Positions 28,256-37,475 of a stretch of 64,000 nucleotides of DNA are shown piece after piece. A model generated the notes under the pieces. That model was not told the origin of the DNA, searched no databases, and worked only from the letters and a program-made list of their open reading frames with translations. This stretch comes from Candidatus Saccharimonadota bacterium (GTDB lineage: Bacteria; Patescibacteriota; Saccharimonadia; Saccharimonadales; DTSZ01): NCBI GenBank assembly GCA_012965045.1, contig DTSZ01000001.1, positions 591,629 through 655,628 on the forward strand, written 5' to 3'. The translations under genes and the position numbers were made by a program. Positions within the stretch are counted from its first letter, which is position 1; every line of letters starts with the position of its first letter.

Positions 28256-28441
28256 TGGAGGGTCCAGTGGGACTCGCCCACATTCTGCGGGCCCGAAACT
28301 ACGTCTTTCAAAACAAGTTTTGAAGAGTAAGTTTCCTTGCAAACTGCTCCCAGCAGTTTTCACCCCCGACACTACGTGTCGTGGCTTCGACCCAGTAAAA
28401 CTCTCCAATTTAAAAACCCGCCATTCGGCGGATTCATAAAT
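28256..28441 (-). ncRNA. Unit B: tRNA-3'-end-associated structured element. It ends (minus sense) in a 21-nt copy of the tRNA-Lys T-arm/acceptor/CCA and has terminators on both sides.
   Basis: 28256..28276 (tggagggtccagtgggactcg) is identical to 28442..28462 of the tRNA-Lys gene. An intrinsic terminator (28411..28432) lies between the tRNA and the unit. A second hairpin plus T-run (28222..28250) lies after the unit. The internal hairpins covary with unit A. Confidence 0.45.
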
Positions 28442-28518
28442 TGGAGGGTCCAGTGGGACTCGAACCCACGACACCCTGCTTAAAAGGCAGGTGCTCTAAC
28501 CAGCTGAGCTATGGACCC
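28442..28518 (-). tRNA. tRNA-Lys (anticodon TTT), CCA encoded
   Basis: Manual cloverleaf. Acceptor GGGTCCA/TGGACCC, D-stem GCTC/GAGC, anticodon stem CCTGC/GCAGG, loop CTTTTAA, T-arm GTGGG-TTCGAGT-CCCAC. Length 77 nt. Confidence 0.9.
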
Positions 28519-28602
28519 TCGTATGTAAAAAGCTACGAGAATAAGAGAATGTAACTTTTACTCACAAAATGCTAGCATGCCACCTCTGTTTTTTCAACTC
28601 TA

Positions 28603-29118
28603 TTATTTTTTTGCTCTTGATCGACGACGACTCTTTCGTGCTCGTAGTAGTCCTGGGTTTGTTTGACTCATCACCTCAAAGAAGGCAACACCAAACGACA
28701 TAAGAGTCACTAAACCACTGAATCTATTAAGTTGGTTCGCAAAATAAGAGTTTCTAAACGGATCTTCAAAGCCGGCAAGTATAAACGTATTAGTGGTCGC
28801 CACAATCAACATAAACGCAAAGAAGGCCGATACAATTATGCGCTCCACTGGATTAAATCGACCCCCGCCACGAAAATGCCAGTATGCATAAAAGGTCGGC
28901 CCAAAAACTAACAGGCTATACACCAGCAACTTAGCATTGTCTGTCTCAAAGATAGATGCTTGAGAAGATAAAAAATTCAATAAATCTGGTCCAAAACTGA
29001 TACCGAGTAACATGCTGCTCAGCAACACCAGTAGAACTGTTTGGACCGATACGCGTTTTATTATTGAAACGCCTGTAAAAAATAAAACTACAAATAGTGA
29101 TAAAAAATCAGATGACAT
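28603..29118 (-). CDS. Hypothetical polytopic membrane protein with a basic C-terminus
   Basis: 171 aa, 4-5 hydrophobic helices, ends RARKSRRRSRAKK. Confidence 0.5.
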   Translation of the reverse strand: MSSDFLSLFVVLFFTGVSIIKRVSVQTVLLVLLSSMLLGISFGPDLLNFLSSQASIFETDNAKLLVYSLLVFGPTFYAYWHFRGGGRFNPVERIIVSAFFAFMLIVATTNTFILAGFEDPFRNSYFANQLNRFSGLVTLMSFGVAFFEVMSQTNPGLLRARKSRRRSRAKK

Positions 29119-29140
29119 ATCTAAGCATCAGTATAAACGA

Positions 29141-30451
29141 TTATGCTTTTTTAGTTTTCACTGGAGTGACTTCGATTTTTACGGCCTGTTCAAGCCGGCG
29201 AATATCTGCCAGTAGATCCGATCGTGATTTATTGTGCAACGTAATGTTAAAGACGCTCTTGCCGCCGTTTTTAGCAAATTTACACATGTCACCCTTGGTT
29301 TTATTTATTTTTAAATTATAAAACGAGGTTAAAGCACGTGCTTTGTTCATTCCATTAATCTTTTCAAGTCGGCCCTCTTTGTTTGAGAAAAACTTCATGC
29401 TAGCTGTATAGCCTTGTCGTTTCTTTTTAATTATTGGCTTTCGACCAGTCCGAACCAAAAGGTCGTTATAGGCATGGTCAAATCCGTATGATAATTGATA
29501 CAGGTTCTGACGAAATCCACCCATCCGGCACGCTATTTCGACTATTTTAAAGCCCGTTAGTTCAGTCTTTATTACCTCAACATGAACTATTGTGTTGCGT
29601 AGTCCTAAAGCGTGAACGCCTTTTGCAGCCACCTGTTCCATGTCTTTAATTTTACGCGCCAGCAACTTAACTGGGGTCATTTGCTTGTAGCCAAAGAAAT
29701 CATCAAAACCAATCGCCCGGCCTGTCTTTATGTGTACCGGCGGCACAAAATCTACACGACCAGTATTATCAACGTAGCCATCTATTGAATACATAGTGCC
29801 TTCTAGAAACTGTTCGATTAGTACTTTTGGTTCACCACGCCCAGCATATGACTTATGTGCTGCCTTAACCTGTCGTAGGGTACGTTTTAAATTAGATACT
29901 AACTCTTCTTCGTGGTAGCAAATACTCACCAATACACTGGCGGCTAACCCGCTTGGCTTAATTACCAGCGGAAAACCAACTTTTCGTTTGATTTTTGAAA
30001 TAGTCTTGTCGCTAATGTCGGTAGCAATGGTATAAGCCGGTGTAATTTTTTTATCGTATTCGGTAAAACGTCGACGCATCAGTAATTTGTCGGTCGACCA
30101 GTTAATCGACGTTTCAGTCGGCGTTAATGTATATGGGACATGGGGTATAACCCGCTTAAAATTCTCCAACAAGTCCTCTGACCGACAAGTGATAGCAATT
30201 ACGCGGTGTAAGTATGGTAGAAGTGCTTCATGAATTTGTTTTGGTGATTTAAGATTTATTTCAATTTTTGTAAAATCTTTTTGAAAAACACTCTTATTAG
30301 CTTTTTGTGACTTATCAATAAGCCAAACACGTTGCAAAGGACGGCGGAGTTTTTTTTCAAGCTTATCAATGGCAATACTTAATGAATCACCCACATCTTT
30401 GCTGTCGGTGGCTAGTACAATGACGGTGTCTCTCGAAAATTGCTTCTCCAT
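29141..30451 (-). CDS. ATP-grasp domain protein (carboxylate-amine ligase superfamily)
   Basis: Central FPLVIKPSGLAASVLVSICYHEEEL and HVEVIKTELTGFKIVEIACRMGG segments fit the ATP-grasp B and C subdomains. Preceded by a pre-ATP-grasp-like N-domain. Confidence 0.65.
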   Translation of the reverse strand: MEKQFSRDTVIVLATDSKDVGDSLSIAIDKLEKKLRRPLQRVWLIDKSQKANKSVFQKDFTKIEINLKSPKQIHEALLPYLHRVIAITCRSEDLLENFKRVIPHVPYTLTPTETSINWSTDKLLMRRRFTEYDKKITPAYTIATDISDKTISKIKRKVGFPLVIKPSGLAASVLVSICYHEEELVSNLKRTLRQVKAAHKSYAGRGEPKVLIEQFLEGTMYSIDGYVDNTGRVDFVPPVHIKTGRAIGFDDFFGYKQMTPVKLLARKIKDMEQVAAKGVHALGLRNTIVHVEVIKTELTGFKIVEIACRMGGFRQNLYQLSYGFDHAYNDLLVRTGRKPIIKKKRQGYTASMKFFSNKEGRLEKINGMNKARALTSFYNLKINKTKGDMCKFAKNGGKSVFNITLHNKSRSDLLADIRRLEQAVKIEVTPVKTKKA

Positions 30452-30633
30452 ATCTTGCTCAACATAGGCGTCTTTATCTGTTATGTCAAGTATTGTTTAT
30501 CCTAAAAACTGCAAAAAATCATCATATTTAATGCAATCATTTTTATATTCTGTAAAAGGTTATTTATTTTACAACGATTAACAGTTTAAAAAGCAGCTGA
30601 TTTTGTTACGCTTAAGGTAACTAAAGGTCAAAC

Positions 30634-32508
30634 ATGCGCTTACCAAAAAATGTAATATCACCACTTGGGTTGTCTCGTTACCAAGAACATGCCGCTCTGG
30701 TATATTCGTCAAAGCGCCGAGGCCACGGAAAATTAGGTCTAGCTCTCAGTGAAGACGGTCTTCATTTTAACGAGTCCGTTGATGCTCCGGTAATATTCAC
30801 CGGTCAAAACAAAACGGAATCAATTGCTGACACCAGCGACTACCGTTTTGCAAAAGTGGCTCACGACCACCTGCTTACCTACACCAAAAATGGCCGCTTA
30901 GTCATTGCACGAGAAGAAGAATCCGGCGACCTCTGGGACTTAGCAATCTGGAAAACACTACGAACAGGTAACCCACGTGCTACTAACGGCATGTTTGTGC
31001 CAGAGTATAAATACAACAATCAATACGTCTTGTTCTACAACACCAGCAGCATTAACTTTGCAGTCACAAAAGACTTTAAAGACTGGCACTCGCCATACCG
31101 CCCAGTTTTAGAGCCACGCCGACATAACTTTGATAACAAGTCTCTAAAAATAGTTTCAGTTGCAAACATTAGTAGTGGAATTGCTGTGTTGTACGAGTCG
31201 CAGTCAATGCGTAAGCGACAGCAAACTATTCATGTTGGGTTTGCTGTATTTTCGCGCCAAAACCCTGGTAAGTTAATCTGGCGCAGCGAAGGGCCGTTAT
31301 GGGCTGCCACAAACGCCGGTAGGTCAAAAATTGAACTCCTTGGTGCAGACATACAAAACGATTCTATTCGTTTATACGGTAGCTCTGTCTCCAACGGTCT
31401 ATTTACCGTCGACCTCCAACAACCGCTTAAGCTAGACGAAGTTAGCCGACCAAAATTCGAACTAGAGCGTCATCATAAAAACCCGTTGCTTAGCCCAGAA
31501 GGTGGCGAACACTGGGAGTCGTCAGGGGTATTTAACCCAAGCGTCGTCCACCACGAAGGCAAGGTGCATATTTTGTACCGTGCTGTTGACCCGTACGGCG
31601 TTAGTCATGTCGGTTATGCCAGCACAACCGACGGGTCAGAAATAGACTATCGGCACAACGAACCTTGCTACTGGCCACGCGCATGGTTTGAAGCTGGTAG
31701 AGGCAAACGGCCATATAAAGAATGGAATAAAGCCTTTGGTTCCGGCGGCGGCTGGGGCGGTTGCGAAGACCCTAAGGCAACACTTATGGATGACAAAGTC
31801 TACATGACCTATGTTGCCCACGACGGCAGCCCCTATTTGCGTTTATGTATAACATCAATTGATATAGATGATTTTGTAAATCATCGGTGGGATAAATGGG
31901 CATGGCCAAAAGTAATTAGTAACCCTCAATTTGGCCCACACGTTAATCCACCATTTGGAGTTCGTGTTATAAAAAGTGGAATAATCTTGCCAGAGAAAAT
32001 TAACGATAAATATGTGATTTTCTTCAAAGAACCGCCACATGTTGGCATTCATTATATTGACGATATCGAACGACTTGGTATTGATGAAGAGCTCGAAGCT
32101 CATGACTTCATATACACTCGCCCCGGTCATTGGGACAGTCAAAAACTCTCGATGGGATCGACTCCGATTTTAGTAAATGAAGGTTGGCTGGTTATATACC
32201 ACGCCGTCGATAAACGCGAAGGTCACAAATATAAAATTGGCGCTATGTTACTTGATAAGAACGATCCAAGTAAGGTATTGCGGCGCACCAATACCCCAAT
32301 TCTTGAACCTGATGCTGACTATGAAAACAACTGGAAACCTGGCGTTGCCTACCCATCTGGTGCGGCTATCATCGGTGATCAACTTCATGTGTATTACGGC
32401 GGTGGAGACCGACACGTCTGCGTTGCAACAACTCCCCTGCAAGAGTTCATGGACCATCTAATGAACGAAGAAGAAATTCACCTAACTGCAGAAGTCACGG
32501 TTAGTTAG
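30634..32508 (+). CDS. Tandem two-domain GH130-like (DUF377, beta-mannoside phosphorylase family) protein; the N-terminal copy is degenerate
   Basis: The C-terminal half has the GH130 hallmarks NPSVVHHEGKVHILYRAVD, GCEDPKATLMDDKVYMTYVAHDG and HVYYGGGDRHVCVATT. The N-terminal half is a diverged copy that lacks CEDPR. Confidence 0.7.
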   Translation: MRLPKNVISPLGLSRYQEHAALVYSSKRRGHGKLGLALSEDGLHFNESVDAPVIFTGQNKTESIADTSDYRFAKVAHDHLLTYTKNGRLVIAREEESGDLWDLAIWKTLRTGNPRATNGMFVPEYKYNNQYVLFYNTSSINFAVTKDFKDWHSPYRPVLEPRRHNFDNKSLKIVSVANISSGIAVLYESQSMRKRQQTIHVGFAVFSRQNPGKLIWRSEGPLWAATNAGRSKIELLGADIQNDSIRLYGSSVSNGLFTVDLQQPLKLDEVSRPKFELERHHKNPLLSPEGGEHWESSGVFNPSVVHHEGKVHILYRAVDPYGVSHVGYASTTDGSEIDYRHNEPCYWPRAWFEAGRGKRPYKEWNKAFGSGGGWGGCEDPKATLMDDKVYMTYVAHDGSPYLRLCITSIDIDDFVNHRWDKWAWPKVISNPQFGPHVNPPFGVRVIKSGIILPEKINDKYVIFFKEPPHVGIHYIDDIERLGIDEELEAHDFIYTRPGHWDSQKLSMGSTPILVNEGWLVIYHAVDKREGHKYKIGAMLLDKNDPSKVLRRTNTPILEPDADYENNWKPGVAYPSGAAIIGDQLHVYYGGGDRHVCVATTPLQEFMDHLMNEEEIHLTAEVTVS

Positions 32509-33721
32509 CCGGTTGTATTGTCTTCCATAGTTTTACTTGCAACCAATACGTTGCTAGTCCTCCAAAAGTTACAATCGCCCACACAGTACGCAAAAATAGC
32601 TCACTGTTGTCTAAGATATGAATAAGCCCAATAAAGAAGCCTAAGCCAACTAGTCGTGTAGAAAACTTAATCACCTCAAGAAGATAATTAAGTTGAAGTG
32701 TATTTCTTTGAACATCACTACCAAGCACAGCCTCGCGTAAGCTAATGTCTAAATCGTCATCTATGGGCTTCTCTATTGTCTGTGCGCCTTTTTCAATAAC
32801 AGCTCTGCCAATCAGGGCAGGCGCTTGCCAGGACGCCACTAAACCAAGTGTTGCTGCCACCCTAATTGAATGTAAGTAATACCCAAGCCGCAAGTTACCT
32901 TTTAGCTCCACATGGCGCCGTACATAGACAACTATCGCTGCAATTAAGGCAACTCCACTTACAAAAACACCGTAGCCAAAAATGCTACCTAGTATTAAAA
33001 ACGGAGCAATCTTCCAAAAATGACTTTGTAATTCATCCTGTAATGTATCAATGAAATAAATTCGCAAAAAGCGTTTCCATTCTGGGTGATTTTTTAGGCT
33101 ATTGAGGAAGGATTTTGATAAAAGCGGCGCTTTTGGTGGAATAGTATTGTTTTGATACGTCTTAAATAGACTCAGGAAGCTTAACAGGGCGGCAACAATC
33201 AAGAACGCTCGGTAGCCCACGACAAAATCCAGCAAAAACCCAATTATCAGTGGCAAAAATACACTCATGATTGTTTCGTAGCTTCCAGAAACTTGAAATA
33301 TATAGCTGCGCTGTTTGCTTTTCATTTCTTTTACAGCAACATAGTGTGAGCTTGTGTGATAAAAACCTGAGTCTATTCCTCGCATCACAGACAGCACCCA
33401 AAACCATGTAAACGGGTCTTGCTCAAGTAGTGGCCAGATTAAAATAGAAATAAATATAAGTACTGTTCGAAGATACCGCCCGTATACCCAAACGACACCA
33501 TAGCCTTTTTTGCGAAGTAGAACATTGGCAACAGTAATGCCTACCATGGTTGCACACGCTATAACTAATTTGTCTAAAAATACTAAAGTTAAAGAACCGC
33601 TCAAGACAAATAGAACAACACTGTAGAGTTCTCCCAAAATACCCCATATAAACAAGGCTGTCATTCTGTTATAAAAAAATTGCCGAACGACGTCGGCTTG
33701 AGACTTTAGCTCTAAAAACAT
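32501..33721 (-). CDS. Polytopic membrane protein, putative MFS-type or similar transporter
   Basis: 406 aa with about 10-12 hydrophobic helices. Lies between the two GH130-like genes. Confidence 0.45.
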   Translation of the reverse strand: MFLELKSQADVVRQFFYNRMTALFIWGILGELYSVVLFVLSGSLTLVFLDKLVIACATMVGITVANVLLRKKGYGVVWVYGRYLRTVLIFISILIWPLLEQDPFTWFWVLSVMRGIDSGFYHTSSHYVAVKEMKSKQRSYIFQVSGSYETIMSVFLPLIIGFLLDFVVGYRAFLIVAALLSFLSLFKTYQNNTIPPKAPLLSKSFLNSLKNHPEWKRFLRIYFIDTLQDELQSHFWKIAPFLILGSIFGYGVFVSGVALIAAIVVYVRRHVELKGNLRLGYYLHSIRVAATLGLVASWQAPALIGRAVIEKGAQTIEKPIDDDLDISLREAVLGSDVQRNTLQLNYLLEVIKFSTRLVGLGFFIGLIHILDNSELFLRTVWAIVTFGGLATYWLQVKLWKTIQPAN

Positions 33722-33764
33722 GACATTAGCATAGCAGCATCACATCATAGAAGCTGCTACAATA

Positions 33765-35687
33765 GTGTTTATGTTTACAGTAACCAGAAATAAAAAGAAT
33801 CCAATCATAAAAAGTAATAACGACGAGCCGTGGCGTGCGTTGGCAGCGTTTAACTGTTCGCCGGCTAAAGTAGGCGACTCGCTTCATTTAGTATTTCGGG
33901 CAATGACCGACGAAGCCCTGTACAAGGGTCACAACGTCGAGCTATCGACCATAGGACATGTAATGGTTGACCCTCAGACACACCATTCCATCGGAGAATA
34001 CAAAGTCCTTATACAGCCCGAAGAAGACTGGGAGATGTATGGCTGCGAAGACCCGCGGGTAACTAAAATTGATGACACATACTATATTTTCTACACCGCT
34101 CTGAGTGGTTTTCCATATTCGGCTGAAAATATTAAATGTGCCGTGGCGACCACCAAAGACTTTAAGACAATCGACAGCCGGCAACTGGTAACACCGTTTA
34201 ATGCTAAGGCCATGGCGCTTTTTCCAGAAAAAGTCGACGGTAAATGGACTGTTATTTTGACTGCAGATAGCGACAAGCCACCTTCTAAAATGGCTATAGC
34301 TCAAAGTGACAATTTTGATGATTTTTTAAATCATGACTGGTGGGCAAATTGGTATGAAGAAGTTGAACACCATAATATTGACCTGCGCCGCGTGGATACT
34401 GACCACTGCGAAGTTGGCGCACCTCCAATAAAAACTGATGCGGGCTGGCTCCTTATCTACAGCCACATCCAAGATTACTTTACCGACGACAAGGTTTTTG
34501 GAATCGAAGCTGTTTTATTAGACAAAGACAACCCACGAAAAATTATCGGCCGTACTCGCTACCCATTTATGGTGCCAGAAGAAAGCTACGAACAATATGG
34601 ACAACTGCCAGACATCGTTTTTCCAAGCGGAGCTATGTTGGATGGCGACATCCTAACAGTTTTTTATGGAGCTGCCGACACAACTTGCGCCTCTGCTAAA
34701 TTGCGGCTGTCACACCTGCTTGAATCTATGCAGATGGAAGGAAAAAGTTACGCGAAACGCTACAGTGGCAATCCGATTCTACTCGCTAAAGAAGAAAATT
34801 ACTGGGAAAGCAGCTATGTCCTAAATCCTTCAGCAATAGAAATTGACGGCGAAATAAATATTCTTTACCGAGCGCTTGGGCCTGACAACACATCTGTTTG
34901 CGGCCTAGCAATTACAAAAGATGGCTACACAATTGACGAGCGTCTTGATGAGCCAATCTACATACCGCGGGCTAAATTTGAGTCAAAGCTTAAACCACCA
35001 GACGGCATATCTGGCTGCGAAGACTTGCGGGCCCAAATTATCGGTGATCGAATTTTTGTAACCTACACAGGCTACAATGGCGTTGACCCTCCGGCTGTCG
35101 CAGCAAGTTCGATTTCTATTGAAGAATTTAAAAACCGCAAGTTTCAATCTTGGACCGAGCCTCACCTAATTAGTCCGGTTGGCATCGACGACAAAGATGC
35201 TGCAATTTTTAGTGAAAAAATAAACGATCAGTACCTTGTATTTCATAGAATTGACCACCATATATGCGCCGACACCCTACCAGAACTAGATTTTGAAAAG
35301 CATCAGCTTGACCGCTGTATCCAGGTTATGGGACCGCGTAAAGGCATGTGGGACAGTCTAAAAATTGGAATCAATGGTCCGCCGATAAAAACCGAAAAGG
35401 GTTGGTTGCAGTTCTACCACGGCATTAACGAGCATCACCACTACCTTATGGGGGCCGCGTTGCTAGATCTTAAAGATCCAACAAAAATCATTGGGCGATC
35501 TGCTATGCCAATAATGGAACCTGAAACCCAGTGGGAACTTGAAGGTTGGATAGACAATGTTATTTTTAGTTGCGGTCAAGTTGTTCGCGACGACACAATT
35601 TTTATTTATTATGGTGGCGCTGACACAGTTGTGGCTGTGGCAACATTAAGCTTGTCGGAGCTTTTGAGCCAACTCAACGAGGCTTAG
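33765..35687 (+). CDS. Tandem two-domain GH130-like (DUF377) glycoside phosphorylase-family protein; both copies intact
   Basis: N-terminal half: YGCEDPRVTKIDDTYYIFYTALSG ... TVFYGAADTTCA. C-terminal half: NPSAIEIDGEINILYRALG ... GCEDLRAQIIGDRIFVTYTGYNG ... FIYYGGADTVVAVA. Paralog of 30634..32508. Confidence 0.75.
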   Translation: MFMFTVTRNKKNPIIKSNNDEPWRALAAFNCSPAKVGDSLHLVFRAMTDEALYKGHNVELSTIGHVMVDPQTHHSIGEYKVLIQPEEDWEMYGCEDPRVTKIDDTYYIFYTALSGFPYSAENIKCAVATTKDFKTIDSRQLVTPFNAKAMALFPEKVDGKWTVILTADSDKPPSKMAIAQSDNFDDFLNHDWWANWYEEVEHHNIDLRRVDTDHCEVGAPPIKTDAGWLLIYSHIQDYFTDDKVFGIEAVLLDKDNPRKIIGRTRYPFMVPEESYEQYGQLPDIVFPSGAMLDGDILTVFYGAADTTCASAKLRLSHLLESMQMEGKSYAKRYSGNPILLAKEENYWESSYVLNPSAIEIDGEINILYRALGPDNTSVCGLAITKDGYTIDERLDEPIYIPRAKFESKLKPPDGISGCEDLRAQIIGDRIFVTYTGYNGVDPPAVAASSISIEEFKNRKFQSWTEPHLISPVGIDDKDAAIFSEKINDQYLVFHRIDHHICADTLPELDFEKHQLDRCIQVMGPRKGMWDSLKIGINGPPIKTEKGWLQFYHGINEHHHYLMGAALLDLKDPTKIIGRSAMPIMEPETQWELEGWIDNVIFSCGQVVRDDTIFIYYGGADTVVAVATLSLSELLSQLNEA

Positions 35688-35690
35688 ACC

Positions 35691-37046
35691 GTGCCACGGG
35701 CAAAGAAAAAACAACCAACATCGACGACCACTACGAAAACAATTGAACAAGCTAAAAAAGTCTTAGACATAAATTTTAAAGATGGCTACACTATGCCATC
35801 AAAAGTACTCTACCCGCACCAATGGTTATGGGATTCGTGTTTTCATGCAATTGGCCTACGGCACCACCGTCCAGATCGTGCACTGGAAGAAATCAAACTG
35901 TTACTACGGGGCCAATGGCCAAATGGTATGGTGCCGCATATGATTTTTAGTGGCGCCAAGCACGGACATCAACGCTACAATATTTGGAAGTCACATGTCT
36001 GTGACGACTGTGTTGTCGGCCTGAGGACCAGTGCAATCACGCAACCGCCTGTCATTGCTTGGGCGTTCGAAAAGGTAGTAAATAGCCTGCCCAAAAAAGA
36101 TCAAAAAGCAGCTATCGAAAAATACCTGCCGCAGATAATTCGCTATCATCAGTGGCTGTATGCAGACCGTGACCCTGACCAAACAGGTCGCATTGTAATT
36201 ATTCACCCGTGGGAAAGTGGCCTCGACAACAACCCAGCACTAATGGCAGCACTGCGTGAATGTTTCCCTGTGAATACCAGTGAAAAAATATTTTTGACCA
36301 ACCCTTTTGTACGCGGTGTATACCACAAGCTTCGTAAAGACATTCAAGTCACGAGCGCTGCCGAGCGAAGTCGAACTGTTGAAAACTGGATGTTTGCACG
36401 ACTTATTGCCCGGTATCGTCGCAAGCTCTATAAAACCGAAGCCATCTTATATGATAAAAATAGCTTCGTTGTTGAGGATGTTAGCTTTAACGCAATATTT
36501 ATTCGGTCTAATGCCGCTATAAAAACTCTGGCGAAAAAAATAAAACTCACACTGCCAGACGACTTAACTCAAGCAATGGACCGTAGCGACGCAGCGTTTG
36601 CTGATTTCTGGAACGACGACAAACAAGCATATTTATCGCGCAACTGGCACACCAAACAATCAATTCCAATTGAAACGATCGAAGAATTACTGCCACTCAT
36701 AACTTCTATTATCCCCAAATCAAATGCTAAAAAAATTGTCACAAAACTTGAATCAAATAACTTTTTCACACCTAAGCCGGTATCCACAAACAACACAGCG
36801 CGCGACGACTACGACCCTATTCGTTATTGGCAAGGCCCAGTATGGGTAAATATGAACTGGATGATTATCGAAGGACTAAAGAACTACGGCTATACCAAAA
36901 AAGCTAAAGACCTCGCCAATTCAACAATTAAATTAGTCGAAGAAAATGGCATATGGGAGTACTACAATTCGCAGACTGGCATGGGCCACGGAATCAGCAG
37001 TTTTTCCTGGACCGCAGCTTTGTATTTAGACTTAATTAATTCCTAA
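35691..37046 (+). CDS. (alpha/alpha)6-barrel glycoside hydrolase, GH63/MGH1-like (putative)
   Basis: YPHQWLWDSCFHAIG near the N-terminus of the barrel region is the W-WDS-F hallmark of the GH63/GH37/MGH family. Length 451 aa. Confidence 0.55.
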   Translation: MPRAKKKQPTSTTTTKTIEQAKKVLDINFKDGYTMPSKVLYPHQWLWDSCFHAIGLRHHRPDRALEEIKLLLRGQWPNGMVPHMIFSGAKHGHQRYNIWKSHVCDDCVVGLRTSAITQPPVIAWAFEKVVNSLPKKDQKAAIEKYLPQIIRYHQWLYADRDPDQTGRIVIIHPWESGLDNNPALMAALRECFPVNTSEKIFLTNPFVRGVYHKLRKDIQVTSAAERSRTVENWMFARLIARYRRKLYKTEAILYDKNSFVVEDVSFNAIFIRSNAAIKTLAKKIKLTLPDDLTQAMDRSDAAFADFWNDDKQAYLSRNWHTKQSIPIETIEELLPLITSIIPKSNAKKIVTKLESNNFFTPKPVSTNNTARDDYDPIRYWQGPVWVNMNWMIIEGLKNYGYTKKAKDLANSTIKLVEENGIWEYYNSQTGMGHGISSFSWTAALYLDLINS

Positions 37047-37379
37047 CTCAACTTCTTCCGCTCTAAATTCTACAAGTTCTCGGATGCGATCATCAACATA
37101 CTGACTTCTTTCAAGAAAGTTCATTCCGCCTAAAATTTGGTCACGTTCACTGACATCGCCAGTCAACCCAGCAGCAATGTCGTCCCTAATTGCAGATTCT
37201 CTACAAGCCTTGCGCACTAATACTGGGCAAGTGTCGCATATAGCCTTTGCTATTTCTTCCCTGCTTCGACGTGCATTTATGCCTTCAGGTCTCAAATCGT
37301 CAGGAGGAAAAAATAAGTCACCCTCTCCGACACATGGTTTTGCTGTTAATGACATCTTTTTATCTAAATCTACAAACAC
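37032..37379 (-). CDS. WhiB-like (Wbl) Fe-S transcription factor
   Basis: KPCVGEGDLFFP ... AKAICDTCPVLVRKAC ... ILGGMNF. That is four Cys in the Wbl arrangement (C, then DLFFP, then C-x2-C-x7-C) plus a GGM turn, followed by a basic C-terminal helix. The 3' end overlaps the convergent GH63-like gene by 15 nt. Confidence 0.65.
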   Translation of the reverse strand: MFVDLDKKMSLTAKPCVGEGDLFFPPDDLRPEGINARRSREEIAKAICDTCPVLVRKACRESAIRDDIAAGLTGDVSERDQILGGMNFLERSQYVDDRIRELVEFRAEEVELGIN

Positions 37380-37475
37380 TGCCTTGCTCCTTTTATATAA
37401 AAACTACTCTTTGCTTTTGTAATCTGTCAAGTTCGTTGTTTATTTAAGTGGCACGAAAATGGACATAGTAGTGTT

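Noticed and set aside
28205-28474. ORF-track ORFs 28205..28474 (-) and 28245..28439 (+) overlapping tRNA-Lys and unit B
   Set aside because: They run through a tRNA gene and a hairpin-rich noncoding unit. The translations are low-complexity with no start context. I treat them as artefacts of structured GC-rich sequence.
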